64,000 bases of DNA from Dehalococcoidia bacterium (lineage in GTDB: Bacteria; Chloroflexota; Dehalococcoidia; Lucifugimonadales; JAGWBF01). Shown piece after piece: positions 9,972-19,210 of the stretch. Made by a program: the position numbers and the translations under genes. How positions within the stretch are numbered: the stretch's first letter is position 1; each line of letters starts with the position of its first letter. The stretch is taken from assembly GCA_965226805.1 (NCBI GenBank), contig CBDDDW010000016.1, positions 9,393 through 73,392 of the forward strand, in the 5' to 3' direction. Under the pieces are notes generated by a model. That model was not told the origin of the DNA and searched no databases. It saw only the letters and a list, made by a program, of their open reading frames with translations.

Positions 9972-11231
9972 ATGCCTGACTACGAAGCGGGGATAAACTT
10001 CGTGCTAAGCGGCGCCATCGGCCCCAGGGTAAGGTCGGTGCTGGAAGAGTACGCCCAAAAGAAGGGGATGCCCGTGCAGGAGTACACCAGGACTCGTACC
10101 GGGTTCATGGCGGTGCTTCTGACTCTTAACAAGCTTTCAGGCATGCGGGTCTACGATGTGGTGGAGGATGAGGCCTTCGACGAGTCCGCCATCGAGGCCC
10201 GGCGCACAGGGCCCGACTTCGTCCTGGACGACCAGACCCACATCTTCTTTCGAAAGAGCGGGTACGACCGCGCCGACGACGAAGGGGTAAAGTTCCTCGG
10301 AACACTGGACGCGATGAGAAAGCAAATCTTCTCTGGAAGCCAGGGCATCGTTGAGATGAACAAGGACTTTTGGCTAAAGGAGATCTTCGTAAACTCCGAA
10401 ACCGACGTCACCTTCCTTAATACCCTGGCCTTCAAAGATCACTTCGGTGGAGAGGACCTTTTCGGCACCGAGGAGTGCCTGGAGGTGGCGAAAGAGGTCA
10501 ACGAGTTGTGCCCCGGGCGGGTTGTGACCCTGGGGACAGTGGAGCCGAATCAACCGGACCACCTGGAGAAACTGGAGCGCTACTTCAAAGAGCTTAAGAT
10601 AGATGGCCTCAAGCTCTACCCGTGGGACGCCACATCCAAGCACGGCTGGTGGGCGGATGACGAGAAGCTGGCGTATCCTCTCTGGGAGAAGTGTATTGAG
10701 CTGGGGATCGACAAGATCCATATCCACAAGGGGATTCCCTTCTCTTTCGCCATGGCCAAGTACGTCCACCCCCAGGACCTAGACCAGCCCATCAAGGACT
10801 TCCGGAATCTCACCTTCATAATCTATCACGCCGGTTTCCCTTATATAGATGAGCTGACCGCGATGAACGTACCCGGGCCACGTCAGGAAAACATGTATGT
10901 GGACATAGGCGCCACATTCGCTCTATTGGTGAGCACCCCCGTGGCCCTGGCCCACAACATGGGGAAGCTGCTCAGATGGGTGGGCGCCGACCGCATCTGC
11001 TTCGGTACCGATGCCCCCATCTTTGCCTCGCCCCAGTGGCAGATCGAGGCTCTCCGGAAGCTGACCATTCCCGATGAGCTGATCGCAGGCTATGGGTACC
11101 CTGAGTTCACCGATGCCGACAAGGAGCTGGTGTTCGGGAGGAATATGGCGGGCCTTTACGGGATAGATGTGGATGCTGTGAAGAAGCAGGTGAGGAACGA
11201 CAAGCTCTCCCAGGCCCGGGCCGCCTTCTAG
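9972..11231 (+). CDS. Amidohydrolase-2 family (TIM-barrel metal-dependent hydrolase/decarboxylase) protein.
   Basis: 419 aa; 'DDQTHIF', 'IDGLKLYPW', 'IHIHKG', 'IIYHAG' and 'CFGTDAP' form a metal-ligand pattern typical of the amidohydrolase_2 family. Confidence 0.65.
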   Translation: MPDYEAGINFVLSGAIGPRVRSVLEEYAQKKGMPVQEYTRTRTGFMAVLLTLNKLSGMRVYDVVEDEAFDESAIEARRTGPDFVLDDQTHIFFRKSGYDRADDEGVKFLGTLDAMRKQIFSGSQGIVEMNKDFWLKEIFVNSETDVTFLNTLAFKDHFGGEDLFGTEECLEVAKEVNELCPGRVVTLGTVEPNQPDHLEKLERYFKELKIDGLKLYPWDATSKHGWWADDEKLAYPLWEKCIELGIDKIHIHKGIPFSFAMAKYVHPQDLDQPIKDFRNLTFIIYHAGFPYIDELTAMNVPGPRQENMYVDIGATFALLVSTPVALAHNMGKLLRWVGADRICFGTDAPIFASPQWQIEALRKLTIPDELIAGYGYPEFTDADKELVFGRNMAGLYGIDVDAVKKQVRNDKLSQARAAF

Positions 11232-11329
11232 GCCCTGGAACGTCCCCAGAGGTCGAAGAGGATCTCGACAGATATGTACCGGGTAGCGGGTAACCGCCAG
11301 CCCCCGGACAGAATGAGGAGGTAGGTCCC

Positions 11330-11623
11330 ATGCCCAGGTATGACTACAAGTGCCGGGAGTGCAACCGGAGTTTCGAGGCGACCCACAGCATACATGCCGA
11401 CCCCCTTGATGTCTGCAGGCTGTGCGGCGGCGGACCCGTGGGGAGACTCATCTCCCCTCCTATGGTGAACACTATCAAGTCTGGCAGCCCCACAGGCGCC
11501 AAGTATGAAAAGATGGGCCACAAAGAGATCATACAAAAGGAGTGGGAGCCCTTGGCGGCGATGGAGGCCCAGGAGGGGATGAGAGAGAAGATGCAGATCA
11601 TGTATAGCGGGGCGCTGGACTGA
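11330..11623 (+). CDS. FmdB-family zinc-ribbon protein.
   Basis: The 'MPRYDYKCRECNRSFE…CRLCGG' CxxC…CxxC N-terminus is characteristic of this family. Confidence 0.7.
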   Translation: MPRYDYKCRECNRSFEATHSIHADPLDVCRLCGGGPVGRLISPPMVNTIKSGSPTGAKYEKMGHKEIIQKEWEPLAAMEAQEGMREKMQIMYSGALD

Positions 11624-11644
11624 ACATCACAGGGAGCTACCTCG

Positions 11645-11965
11645 ATGCCTGAGGAGTTCGTCAAGGTCGCCACGACCGACCAGCTTCCTCCAGGGAGGAA
11701 GATTCTGGTGGAGCTGAGCCGGTTCGAACGTATTCTGTTGGTGAATCTCGACGGCGCCTACTACGCCCTCGGAGAGATTTGCCCCCACTCTGGGGCGGCG
11801 CTGTCCGAGGGTATGCTCTATGGTGAAGAGGTTGAGTGCCCTCTCCATGGTAGCGCCTTTCGGGTGAGGACGGGCGAGGTGGTCAGTCCTCCGTGCCAGG
11901 AAGACCTGATTGTCTATCAAGTGCGGGTGGAGGGCGAGGACATCCTCCTGGGGCCCGAGGTTTAA
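11645..11965 (+). CDS. Rieske [2Fe-2S] domain ferredoxin (NirD-like small subunit type).
   Basis: 'CPHSGAALSEG…ECPLHGSAF' matches CxH…CxxH. Confidence 0.75.
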   Translation: MPEEFVKVATTDQLPPGRKILVELSRFERILLVNLDGAYYALGEICPHSGAALSEGMLYGEEVECPLHGSAFRVRTGEVVSPPCQEDLIVYQVRVEGEDILLGPEV

Positions 11966-12008
11966 CGGCTCACAATAAGAATGGGTCGCCGCTGATGCAT
12001 CTCCGCCA

Positions 12009-13718
12009 CTAAAAGGCGTCTTCCGCCGCGGCTATCTCGTCGAGGTCGCCCCTGGTGTACGAGCCCAGGCTCCTGTAGTCTAGCTCGGCGTAATTCTTGA
12101 TCCACCGCATGGCGATTTTCGTGGCCTTTCTGTAGGTCACCTCCGCCGGAGAAGGCCGGGCCGCACCGTCTCCGCTACTAGCACCCACATCCAATCGAGC
12201 CAGGATGTCCTCGCACTCCTCCTGTAGCAAGCCCTTTACCAGGGCAAAGTCGTGGGCTTGTCCCGTGTTGGTGTCTTTGGCCCGGTGCCGGATTCGCTGG
12301 GCAATCTGGGCGACGGAAATGCGGCCTGTCGCCAGGTCTTCCATCAGCGCTGGGTGAACTCCCGGCTTTCCCTCCAGGCTGTCAATCGCCTTGGCGCCCC
12401 TGCCATTCATCCACCCCTCGATGTATTCGATGAGCATCCTGGCGTTCCTGCGCGTCCCTTCAACGGTGATGGGACCTTCAGGGACCTTGATTTCGACGGG
12501 ATAGTTTTCGGGGACCCTCATGTCACCGCTGGGCTCCCAGCCGGACGCACGGAGCTCCTTGAACGGATTAGCGGCGGTCTTCATGTGGAAGATGTGTGCC
12601 ACCCAGGCCCGGATAAAGCCCTGGTCCGCCTCCCATACCTTGTCAGCCCTTATTGCCGCGCCAGCCACCTTGTTGACCTCATCGTCCCTGCTGGGGAGCT
12701 GGGTCGCCATTCCTCCGACGGCGACAGCGCCCCTCTTCAGGCAAATGGCTACAAGGCGCCTGAATATGTTTGCCAAGAACTCGGTGGTCTTGATGTCGAC
12801 GCCAAAACGGTCCGGCCAGACAGAGTCCGGGTCGGCCATCACGAACTCGAAGATGCTTGCCTTCAGGTCCCACCTGGCGGCGTTCAATCCGGCCGCGTAG
12901 GGCCCCAGGGCATGTAGCATCTCCTCCATTTGGTAAACGGCTGGCAGTGACTCGACCAGGGGGATGGCTCTGATGACCGCGCCGTCTGGATAACCCAGAT
13001 GGTCGGAGCTGAAGTCGAAGAACTCCCGCCACAGTCCCGTTTCTTCGGCGGACTCCAGCTTTGGAAGATAGAAGAATACACCCTGCCCTCGCTCCACCTG
13101 GGCTCGACCGGCGTAGAACAGGGTCAACGCGGTTCCCAGGACGCACGCCGGTATGGGGGCTCTGTCTACGGTGACGTCGGGTTCGTTCAGGTGTATCCCT
13201 CGTTCCCGGTGCATGAAGAAAGGAATTTCGCCCGGTTCGATCTTGTATTCCCTCTCCCGCTCGGGGTTGTAGAAGGTCAGGGTCCGCTCGACCGCCCTCA
13301 GCCGGTTATGGGCGGCTGTTACCGTATCGATAAAGCGATGCCCCGCTGAGTCCTCGTCATCGTCGAGATCTCCCTCCGCTCTCGTTCCCTCCGGTCCTGG
13401 ATTCAGGGCATTGATAAACATTCCAGTGACAGAGACGGGGCCGGAGATCTCTATCCCTGGCCTCTTCAACTCCTCGGGCACCGGCGGGACCTGCCAGTCC
13501 CCCGAGTTGATCTCGCCGGCAGGCAGGTTACCCGGCATAATCCCACGGTGGAGGGCGTTTTCGAGAACGCCGGCACGCTTAGCGCGTAGCTCATGTATTT
13601 TGGGTGTGAACCGGTCGTGCAACAAAAGGAGATATTCCACGAACCGAGGAGTAAAAAGCTCCTCGGCGCCTTCTACACGCGCATATGTTACCCGGTCGGT
13701 TGCCACCATTCTGAACAC
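12009..13718 (-). CDS. aceB: Malate synthase A.
   Basis: 569 aa. 'FFYLPKLES', 'GLNAARWDLKASIFEF', 'GGMATQLPSRDD' and 'GFIRAWVAH' are typical AceB blocks. Confidence 0.8.
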   Translation of the reverse strand: MFRMVATDRVTYARVEGAEELFTPRFVEYLLLLHDRFTPKIHELRAKRAGVLENALHRGIMPGNLPAGEINSGDWQVPPVPEELKRPGIEISGPVSVTGMFINALNPGPEGTRAEGDLDDDEDSAGHRFIDTVTAAHNRLRAVERTLTFYNPEREREYKIEPGEIPFFMHRERGIHLNEPDVTVDRAPIPACVLGTALTLFYAGRAQVERGQGVFFYLPKLESAEETGLWREFFDFSSDHLGYPDGAVIRAIPLVESLPAVYQMEEMLHALGPYAAGLNAARWDLKASIFEFVMADPDSVWPDRFGVDIKTTEFLANIFRRLVAICLKRGAVAVGGMATQLPSRDDEVNKVAGAAIRADKVWEADQGFIRAWVAHIFHMKTAANPFKELRASGWEPSGDMRVPENYPVEIKVPEGPITVEGTRRNARMLIEYIEGWMNGRGAKAIDSLEGKPGVHPALMEDLATGRISVAQIAQRIRHRAKDTNTGQAHDFALVKGLLQEECEDILARLDVGASSGDGAARPSPAEVTYRKATKIAMRWIKNYAELDYRSLGSYTRGDLDEIAAAEDAF

Positions 13719-13829
13719 CTCCTGGCTGGTCCAATATTCTTATGGGACTCTAATGCCTCGTCGAGACGGCCTCATTCGCTCCAGTGAGATAGGATTGAGG
13801 TGAGGGAATTCAAAGTGTGAGGCTTAGCG

Positions 13830-14645
13830 TCAAGCGCTCCCGGCCTCAGAGAACTCGGGCGACCTGAAAACCGCATTGGCGATGTTCATGGCTGCCCTCG
13901 CGGGAAGCATCCCGACGTAGAATGCCAGGTGCATAAAAATCTCCATCACTTCCCCTTTGGTAAAACCGTTACGCAGCGCCCCTTCAATCATCCGCCGGAT
14001 GAAAAGGTCGAACTGCCCCTGGACGACCTGGGCAGTTAGAGCGCAGACTATGCGGCTTTTCGTATCCAACCCAGGCCTGGTCCAGATAGCTCCCCATAGG
14101 TATTCGTTCATGAGCAGGTCTAGCTCGTGCTCCTCATCGGTCGGCTGCACTGAATAATAGCCGAAAACGTCGGGGTTTAGCGCTCGGTGCTTGGCCACTC
14201 CTCTGTCATAGAGGCTGCCTGGCTCCTCTGAGGCGTCGAAAATCTGGGCAGGAATGTAACGAATCCCTCGTTCGTCAAAGACCTCTTTTGCGATTCCCAG
14301 GGCGTTGTGAGATGCGGGAATACCCGAGTACAGAGCGCATTGTATGAGCACCTCCACGACCTCATCAGGAGTCAGTCCCACATTGAGCGCATTGTTTAAT
14401 TGGGTCCGTACCTGGGGCTGCGCCATCTGTGCCGCGGCCGCTGTCATCGTGGCGATCACGCGATATCTGATGTCTAATCCTGGCCTGCTCCAGACGGAGC
14501 CATAGAGAAACTCTGTGAATATGCGGTACATATCGGGCGACAGCTCGTAAGCGGTCGGGACGGCTCCCTTGAACAACTGCCCTTCCCCACCGAGGCGGGC
14601 GCGCATTTCTAAACCTTTCTGAAACCTTTCCTCCGAGGTGGTCAT
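13830..14645 (-). CDS. Carboxymuconolactone decarboxylase (CMD/AhpD-like) family protein with two tandem CMD domains.
   Basis: The internal duplication 'YGSVWSRPGLDIRYRVIATMTA' / 'WGAIWTRPGLDTKSRIVCALTA' is typical of the CMD fold. Confidence 0.65.
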   Translation of the reverse strand: MTTSEERFQKGLEMRARLGGEGQLFKGAVPTAYELSPDMYRIFTEFLYGSVWSRPGLDIRYRVIATMTAAAAQMAQPQVRTQLNNALNVGLTPDEVVEVLIQCALYSGIPASHNALGIAKEVFDERGIRYIPAQIFDASEEPGSLYDRGVAKHRALNPDVFGYYSVQPTDEEHELDLLMNEYLWGAIWTRPGLDTKSRIVCALTAQVVQGQFDLFIRRMIEGALRNGFTKGEVMEIFMHLAFYVGMLPARAAMNIANAVFRSPEFSEAGSA

Positions 14646-14913
14646 CAGTTCCTCCTTGTCTGTGTCCCATTGACCCTATCCCTTCCGTTCCGTTCTACTC
14701 GGGGCCAATGCGCCTGGGGTGTTCATTTTAAATCCCCACCACGTTCATTTCAACAAACGCGATCGACTGGGGCGTTGGGGCCCGCTCTTTGAGGCGAAGG
14801 TGCTGGTGCTTGGCCTTTCTTCTAATGGCCCAGGACTTGACTCCGGGCTCTCTGGGAAAGCATCATATCGGTGCTATCAAGGAATAATGTAAATTCTAGG
14901 AAAAACGGAGGCC

Positions 14914-15873
14914 GTGGAAATGGGCCAGAAAAGGATCGGTATTGCGGTGTTCGGGCCCAACAGCGGCGCGGTCCTTGATGGGATAGAGAAGGCGGAGACG
15001 CTCGGTATCCAGGCCGCCTGGCTGACGACGGGCGGAGCGGGTCCGGATGGGCTGACCCTCTTCGCCGCCGCCGCCATGCGCACGAGCAGAATAATGCTGG
15101 GCACAGCCATAACCCCCACCTATCCTCGCCATCCCGTGGCGATGGCACAGCAGGTACAGGTACTTTGCCAGCTTGCCCCTGGCCGCTTCCGTCTCGGGGT
15201 CGGTCCCAGCCACCGCCCGACTATGCAGGAGTTATTCGGAGTAGACTTCCGCGATCCCCTGGGACACCTGAGCGAGTATCTTCGCATACTCAAAGACCTG
15301 CTCAACGGTGGAGCCGTGGACTTCCAAGGCAGCTATTACGGTGCCCACGCCACGATCGCATCGCCAGTGGATGTCCCGGTGATGGCCTCGGCCCTCCAGC
15401 CCAGGTCCTTTGACCTGTGTGGTGCCGAAGCGGACGGAGTTATCTCCTGGGTCTGTCCGAGGGCTTATCTCCGGGACGTGGCCGTCCCGGCTATGAAAGC
15501 GGGCGCGGAGAGGGCCGGGCGGCCTGTACCCCCTCTCATAGCCCACGCGCCGGTCTGCGTTCACGATAATCCCGAAGAGGTCCGAGCCGCCGTGCGAGAG
15601 CAGGTGTCCAACCCCCAGCTGCCCTTCTACCAGCGGATGTTCGCCGCCGCCGGTTATCCGGAGGCCTCCGACGGCAGTTGGAGCGATGCCATGATAGAAG
15701 CCACTGCCCTGTACGGCGACGAGGCAACGGTGGAGAAAAAGATCGAGGGGATGTTCGCCCTTGGGGCGACTGAGGTGATGGCTTCCCCCATACGCGCTGG
15801 AGGCAATAGGGAAGCTTCCCTTGATCGAACGTTGCGGCTGCTGGCTAAGGTCTCCAAATCGATGACGGCGTAG
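14914..15873 (+). CDS. LLM-class (luciferase-like) probable F420-dependent oxidoreductase, copy 1.
   Basis: 319 aa; 'AETLGIQAAWL', 'LGTAITPTYPRHPVAMAQQV' and 'APGRFRLGVGPSH'. Confidence 0.7.
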   Translation: MEMGQKRIGIAVFGPNSGAVLDGIEKAETLGIQAAWLTTGGAGPDGLTLFAAAAMRTSRIMLGTAITPTYPRHPVAMAQQVQVLCQLAPGRFRLGVGPSHRPTMQELFGVDFRDPLGHLSEYLRILKDLLNGGAVDFQGSYYGAHATIASPVDVPVMASALQPRSFDLCGAEADGVISWVCPRAYLRDVAVPAMKAGAERAGRPVPPLIAHAPVCVHDNPEEVRAAVREQVSNPQLPFYQRMFAAAGYPEASDGSWSDAMIEATALYGDEATVEKKIEGMFALGATEVMASPIRAGGNREASLDRTLRLLAKVSKSMTA

Positions 15874-15922
15874 TGAAAAGCGAGACTCTCCACATGACAG
15901 CGTCTCTCGTAAGGCGGGAAGT

Positions 15923-16882
15923 ATGAAGACGGGCCCGAAAAGAATCGGATTGGTCGTCGCCGGGACCGACAGCTCCGCCATTCTGGCCGGTATAGACAGG
16001 GCGGAGGAATTGGGGATTCAGGCCGCCTGGCTGCCTACGGGCGGCGCTGGATTGGATGCCTTGACCCTCTTCGCGGCCGCCGCGGTGCGTACCGGGCGAA
16101 TCGTACTAGGGACCTCCGTAGTTCCAACCTTCCCGCGCCATCCGGTCGCGATGGCCCAGCAGGTGCAAGTGCTGGCCCAGCTTGCGCCAGGTCGATTTCG
16201 CCTGGGTATAGGTCCAGGCCACGCGCACATTATCGAAGGCATATTTGGTACACAGTTCCGAGAGCCTTTGGGACATCTTGGTGAGTACGTGCATGTCCTC
16301 AAGGGGTTGTTGCAAGAAGGGTCGGTAGACTTCGAAGGCCGTCACTACACTGCCCATGCCAGAATCCCTTCGCCTGTGGAGGTCCCAATCATGGCCTCCG
16401 CCCTCCAGCCGAAGTCCTTTGAACTCTGCGGAGCGGAGGCCGACGGGGCCATCAGCTGGGTATGTCCCTCTCCGTACCTGCGCCAAGTCGCATACCCGGC
16501 GATGGTAGCGGGAGCCCAGAGGGCCAAACGCCCGGTCCCACCCCTCATAGCCCATGCCCCGATGTGTGTCCACGATGACCCCGCTGAGGTACGGTCTGCC
16601 GTAAGGGAGCAGTTCGCCACCCCCAAATTACCCTTCGGACAGCGAATGTTCGCCGCCGCGGGCTTTCCAGAGGCGTCCAACGGTGAGTGGAGCGATGCAA
16701 TGATAGACGCCACCACGTTATATGGGGATGAGGCCAAGGTGGCGGAGAAGATCAAGGAGATATTCGCGCTGGGGGCGACCGAGGTGCTGGCTTCACCCGT
16801 ACCTGCCGGAGGAGACAGGGCAGGCTCGCTGGAGCGCACCCTTCAGTTGCTCGCTCAGGTGGCCCGGTCCAGCGAGCAGTAA
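15923..16882 (+). CDS. LLM-class probable F420-dependent oxidoreductase, copy 2 (tandem paralog).
   Basis: Also 319 aa and collinear with copy 1, with roughly two-thirds or more identical residues by eye. Confidence 0.7.
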   Translation: MKTGPKRIGLVVAGTDSSAILAGIDRAEELGIQAAWLPTGGAGLDALTLFAAAAVRTGRIVLGTSVVPTFPRHPVAMAQQVQVLAQLAPGRFRLGIGPGHAHIIEGIFGTQFREPLGHLGEYVHVLKGLLQEGSVDFEGRHYTAHARIPSPVEVPIMASALQPKSFELCGAEADGAISWVCPSPYLRQVAYPAMVAGAQRAKRPVPPLIAHAPMCVHDDPAEVRSAVREQFATPKLPFGQRMFAAAGFPEASNGEWSDAMIDATTLYGDEAKVAEKIKEIFALGATEVLASPVPAGGDRAGSLERTLQLLAQVARSSEQ

Positions 16883-16918
16883 TTGGCCGTCGACTCTCGG
16901 CGTGGCTGTACACGAGGT

Positions 16919-16947
16919 TTACGAACTCCGATGACAAGGGATATAAT
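16919..16947 (+). promoter_or_regulatory. Sigma70-type promoter: TTACGA, 17-nt spacer, TATAAT, upstream of the 2-oxoacid dehydrogenase cluster.
   Basis: The -35 is at 16919..16924 and a perfect -10 at 16942..16947. Confidence 0.45.
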
Positions 16948-17074
16948 ATGCTGTGACCGAATGCGACCAACGAGCGACTGCCATGGATAATCGCAGGGTA
17001 ATCTCCTGCCTGAAGTGTAGCACCCCGAGTCCAATGGGGTGCTATCATCAAGATTCCCTATTGGAGGGCACGTA

Positions 17075-18115
17075 ATGGCGCGGACCAGGGGAGCGGCCCC
17101 GGCCCAGGAAAAAACCGGAACGAAACATGAAAGTCTTGGGCTGACGGACCAGGAGATCGTAGATTTCTACAAGAAGATGGTTGTGGCACGTACCCTGGAC
17201 GATCGAGTTCTAGCAATGAATAGGCAGGGTAAAGTCCCCATCGTCGCCTCGAGTCAAGGTCACGAGGCAGCCGAAATGGGCAGCGTGCTGGCGGCGCAAA
17301 AGGATGGCGACTGCTTCCTATTCCCCTACTACCGTTGCCTGTCGCTGAAGATTCAGGCGGGACTTAGCTCCATGGAGGCCATGCTCTCCTACATGGGCAA
17401 GCAGGGGGACCGATACAGCGGTGGCAGACAGTTCCCACTTCAGGGCGCCGACCTGGCGAACAAGGTGATCCAAATATCCAATGTGGTAGCGGCAGGCGTC
17501 ACCCAGGCTGTGGGATATGCCCTGGGATGCCGTATGCTGGGCGAAAAGACGGTGGTGTTGACCTACTTCGGCGACGGTGGCTCAAGCGAGGGCGAGTGTC
17601 ACGAGGCGATGAATTTCGCTGGTGTCCACAAGCTGCCGGTCATATTCGTGTGCGAGAACAACCGGTACGCCATCTCCGTCCCGCTGAAGAAGCAGATGGC
17701 TATAGACGACGTGGCGGATAGGGCCGCCGGCTACGGATTTCCTGGGATTGTGGTGGACGGCATGGACGTATTCCAGGTCATCGAAGCCACAACGGAGGCT
17801 ATAACCCATGCCAGGTCCAAGGGGCCGGTGCTGCTGGAGATGAAAGTCGAGAGGTTCCAGCCACACACCACCGACGACGACGACCGGCGCTACCGGCCCA
17901 AGGGAGAGGTTGAAGAGATACGTAAACGTGATCCCGCGATAGTCCTCCGGAACTACCTGACGGAAGTGGGCCTGCTAACAGAAGACCAGGTGGAGGAGAT
18001 CCGCAAGGACGCCCGGACCGAGATCAATCGGTCTACAGATATTGCAGAAGCGGCGCCATATCCCGACCCGTCGACAGTCTACGACCATGTCTATGCTCCT
18101 GAGAGTCCGCTCTGA
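17075..18115 (+). CDS. 2-oxoacid (branched-chain/pyruvate) dehydrogenase E1 alpha subunit, TPP-dependent.
   Basis: 'YFGDGGSSEGECHEAMNFAGVHKLPVIFVCENNRYAIS' is a TPP motif. I prefer the ATG at 17075 (GGAGGG 6 nt upstream) to the ORF-track start at 17039. Confidence 0.85.
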   Translation: MARTRGAAPAQEKTGTKHESLGLTDQEIVDFYKKMVVARTLDDRVLAMNRQGKVPIVASSQGHEAAEMGSVLAAQKDGDCFLFPYYRCLSLKIQAGLSSMEAMLSYMGKQGDRYSGGRQFPLQGADLANKVIQISNVVAAGVTQAVGYALGCRMLGEKTVVLTYFGDGGSSEGECHEAMNFAGVHKLPVIFVCENNRYAISVPLKKQMAIDDVADRAAGYGFPGIVVDGMDVFQVIEATTEAITHARSKGPVLLEMKVERFQPHTTDDDDRRYRPKGEVEEIRKRDPAIVLRNYLTEVGLLTEDQVEEIRKDARTEINRSTDIAEAAPYPDPSTVYDHVYAPESPL

Positions 18116-18178
18116 GGGCGAAGAGAAGGAGGCGTCTCCCTGGCCGTTAAGTCCGTAATAGAGGCCATTCGAGAGGCC

Positions 18179-19123
18179 ATGTACGAGGAGATGGAGCGGG
18201 ACCCTTCCGTCTTCATATTGGGTGAAGACGTTGGGCTCAGGGGAGGCGTCTTCCTGGCCAGCAAGGGTTTCATCGAGCAGTTCGGCGAGGAGAGGGTGAT
18301 AGATACCCCCCTGGCCGAGGCTTCCATCGTTGGAGTTGCCCTCGGGGCGGCCTTCCGAGGCCTGAGGCCTATCGCAGAGGTGGAGTTCGCTGACTTCATC
18401 TGGCCCACGGCCAACCAGCTGATCGGGGAGACAGCCCGGGTATGCTATGGCACCAACGGTGCCATACCGGTGCCCCTGGTGGTACGCATTCCCTATGGCG
18501 GTGGCATCCGCGGCGGCCTGTTCCATTCCCAGAACGTGGAGGCTTATTTCTTCCATACCCCGGGCCTCAAGGTCGTGGCCCCGGCGACTCCCTACGACGC
18601 CAAAGGGTTGCTAAAAGCCTCCATCAGGGATAACAATCCCGTCGTGTTCATGGAGCACAAGAAGAGCTACCGGCTGGTCCGCGGCGAGGTCCCGGATGAA
18701 GAGTACCTGGTCCCCATCGGCAAGGCGGACGTAAAGCGGAGCGGCACCGACGTCACCATCGTTTCCTACGGTCTGATGGTGCACTTCTGCCTGGAGGCCG
18801 CCGGCATCATGGACCAAGAAGGGGTCAGCGCGGAGGTCATCGACCTTCGCACGCTCAAACCACTGGACAGGGAATCCATCCTCAACTCGGTAAAGAAGAC
18901 AGGGAAGGTGGTGATTGTCCATGAGGACAACGTCACCGGGGGCGTGGGTGCGGAGGTATCCGCCTTGCTGTCCGAGGAAGCCTTTGAGTACCTGGACGCT
19001 CCCATAACCCGGGTGTGCGGGCCCGACATACCCACGATGCCTTTCGCTCCTCCACTGGAAGAGGCGTATCTGCCCAATGCGGAGAAGATCTCTGAGGCTG
19101 TGAGGAGACTGGCTGCGTATTGA
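18179..19123 (+). CDS. 2-oxoacid dehydrogenase E1 beta subunit.
   Basis: 'ILGEDVG…GGVF', 'RVIDTPLAE' and 'EVEFADFI' blocks. The true start is probably upstream (CTG at 18140; see findings). Confidence 0.85.
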   Translation: MYEEMERDPSVFILGEDVGLRGGVFLASKGFIEQFGEERVIDTPLAEASIVGVALGAAFRGLRPIAEVEFADFIWPTANQLIGETARVCYGTNGAIPVPLVVRIPYGGGIRGGLFHSQNVEAYFFHTPGLKVVAPATPYDAKGLLKASIRDNNPVVFMEHKKSYRLVRGEVPDEEYLVPIGKADVKRSGTDVTIVSYGLMVHFCLEAAGIMDQEGVSAEVIDLRTLKPLDRESILNSVKKTGKVVIVHEDNVTGGVGAEVSALLSEEAFEYLDAPITRVCGPDIPTMPFAPPLEEAYLPNAEKISEAVRRLAAY

Positions 19124-19210
19124 TCGGATTCCTCTGTCGCTGTCCAGGCCCCTGTTGCAGCGTGTCATTTAGCCAGCTCACGGAACCGAACCAACTAGAG
19201 GACCGGTGAA

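Noticed and set aside
12252-13349. Plus-strand ORFs (221, 126 and 116 aa) inside malate synthase.
   Set aside because: They are shadow ORFs opposite a strongly supported aceB frame.
15232-16839. Minus-strand ORFs of 249, 155 and 164 aa across the two LLM genes.
   Set aside because: They are antisense shadows in GC-rich coding DNA with no motifs.
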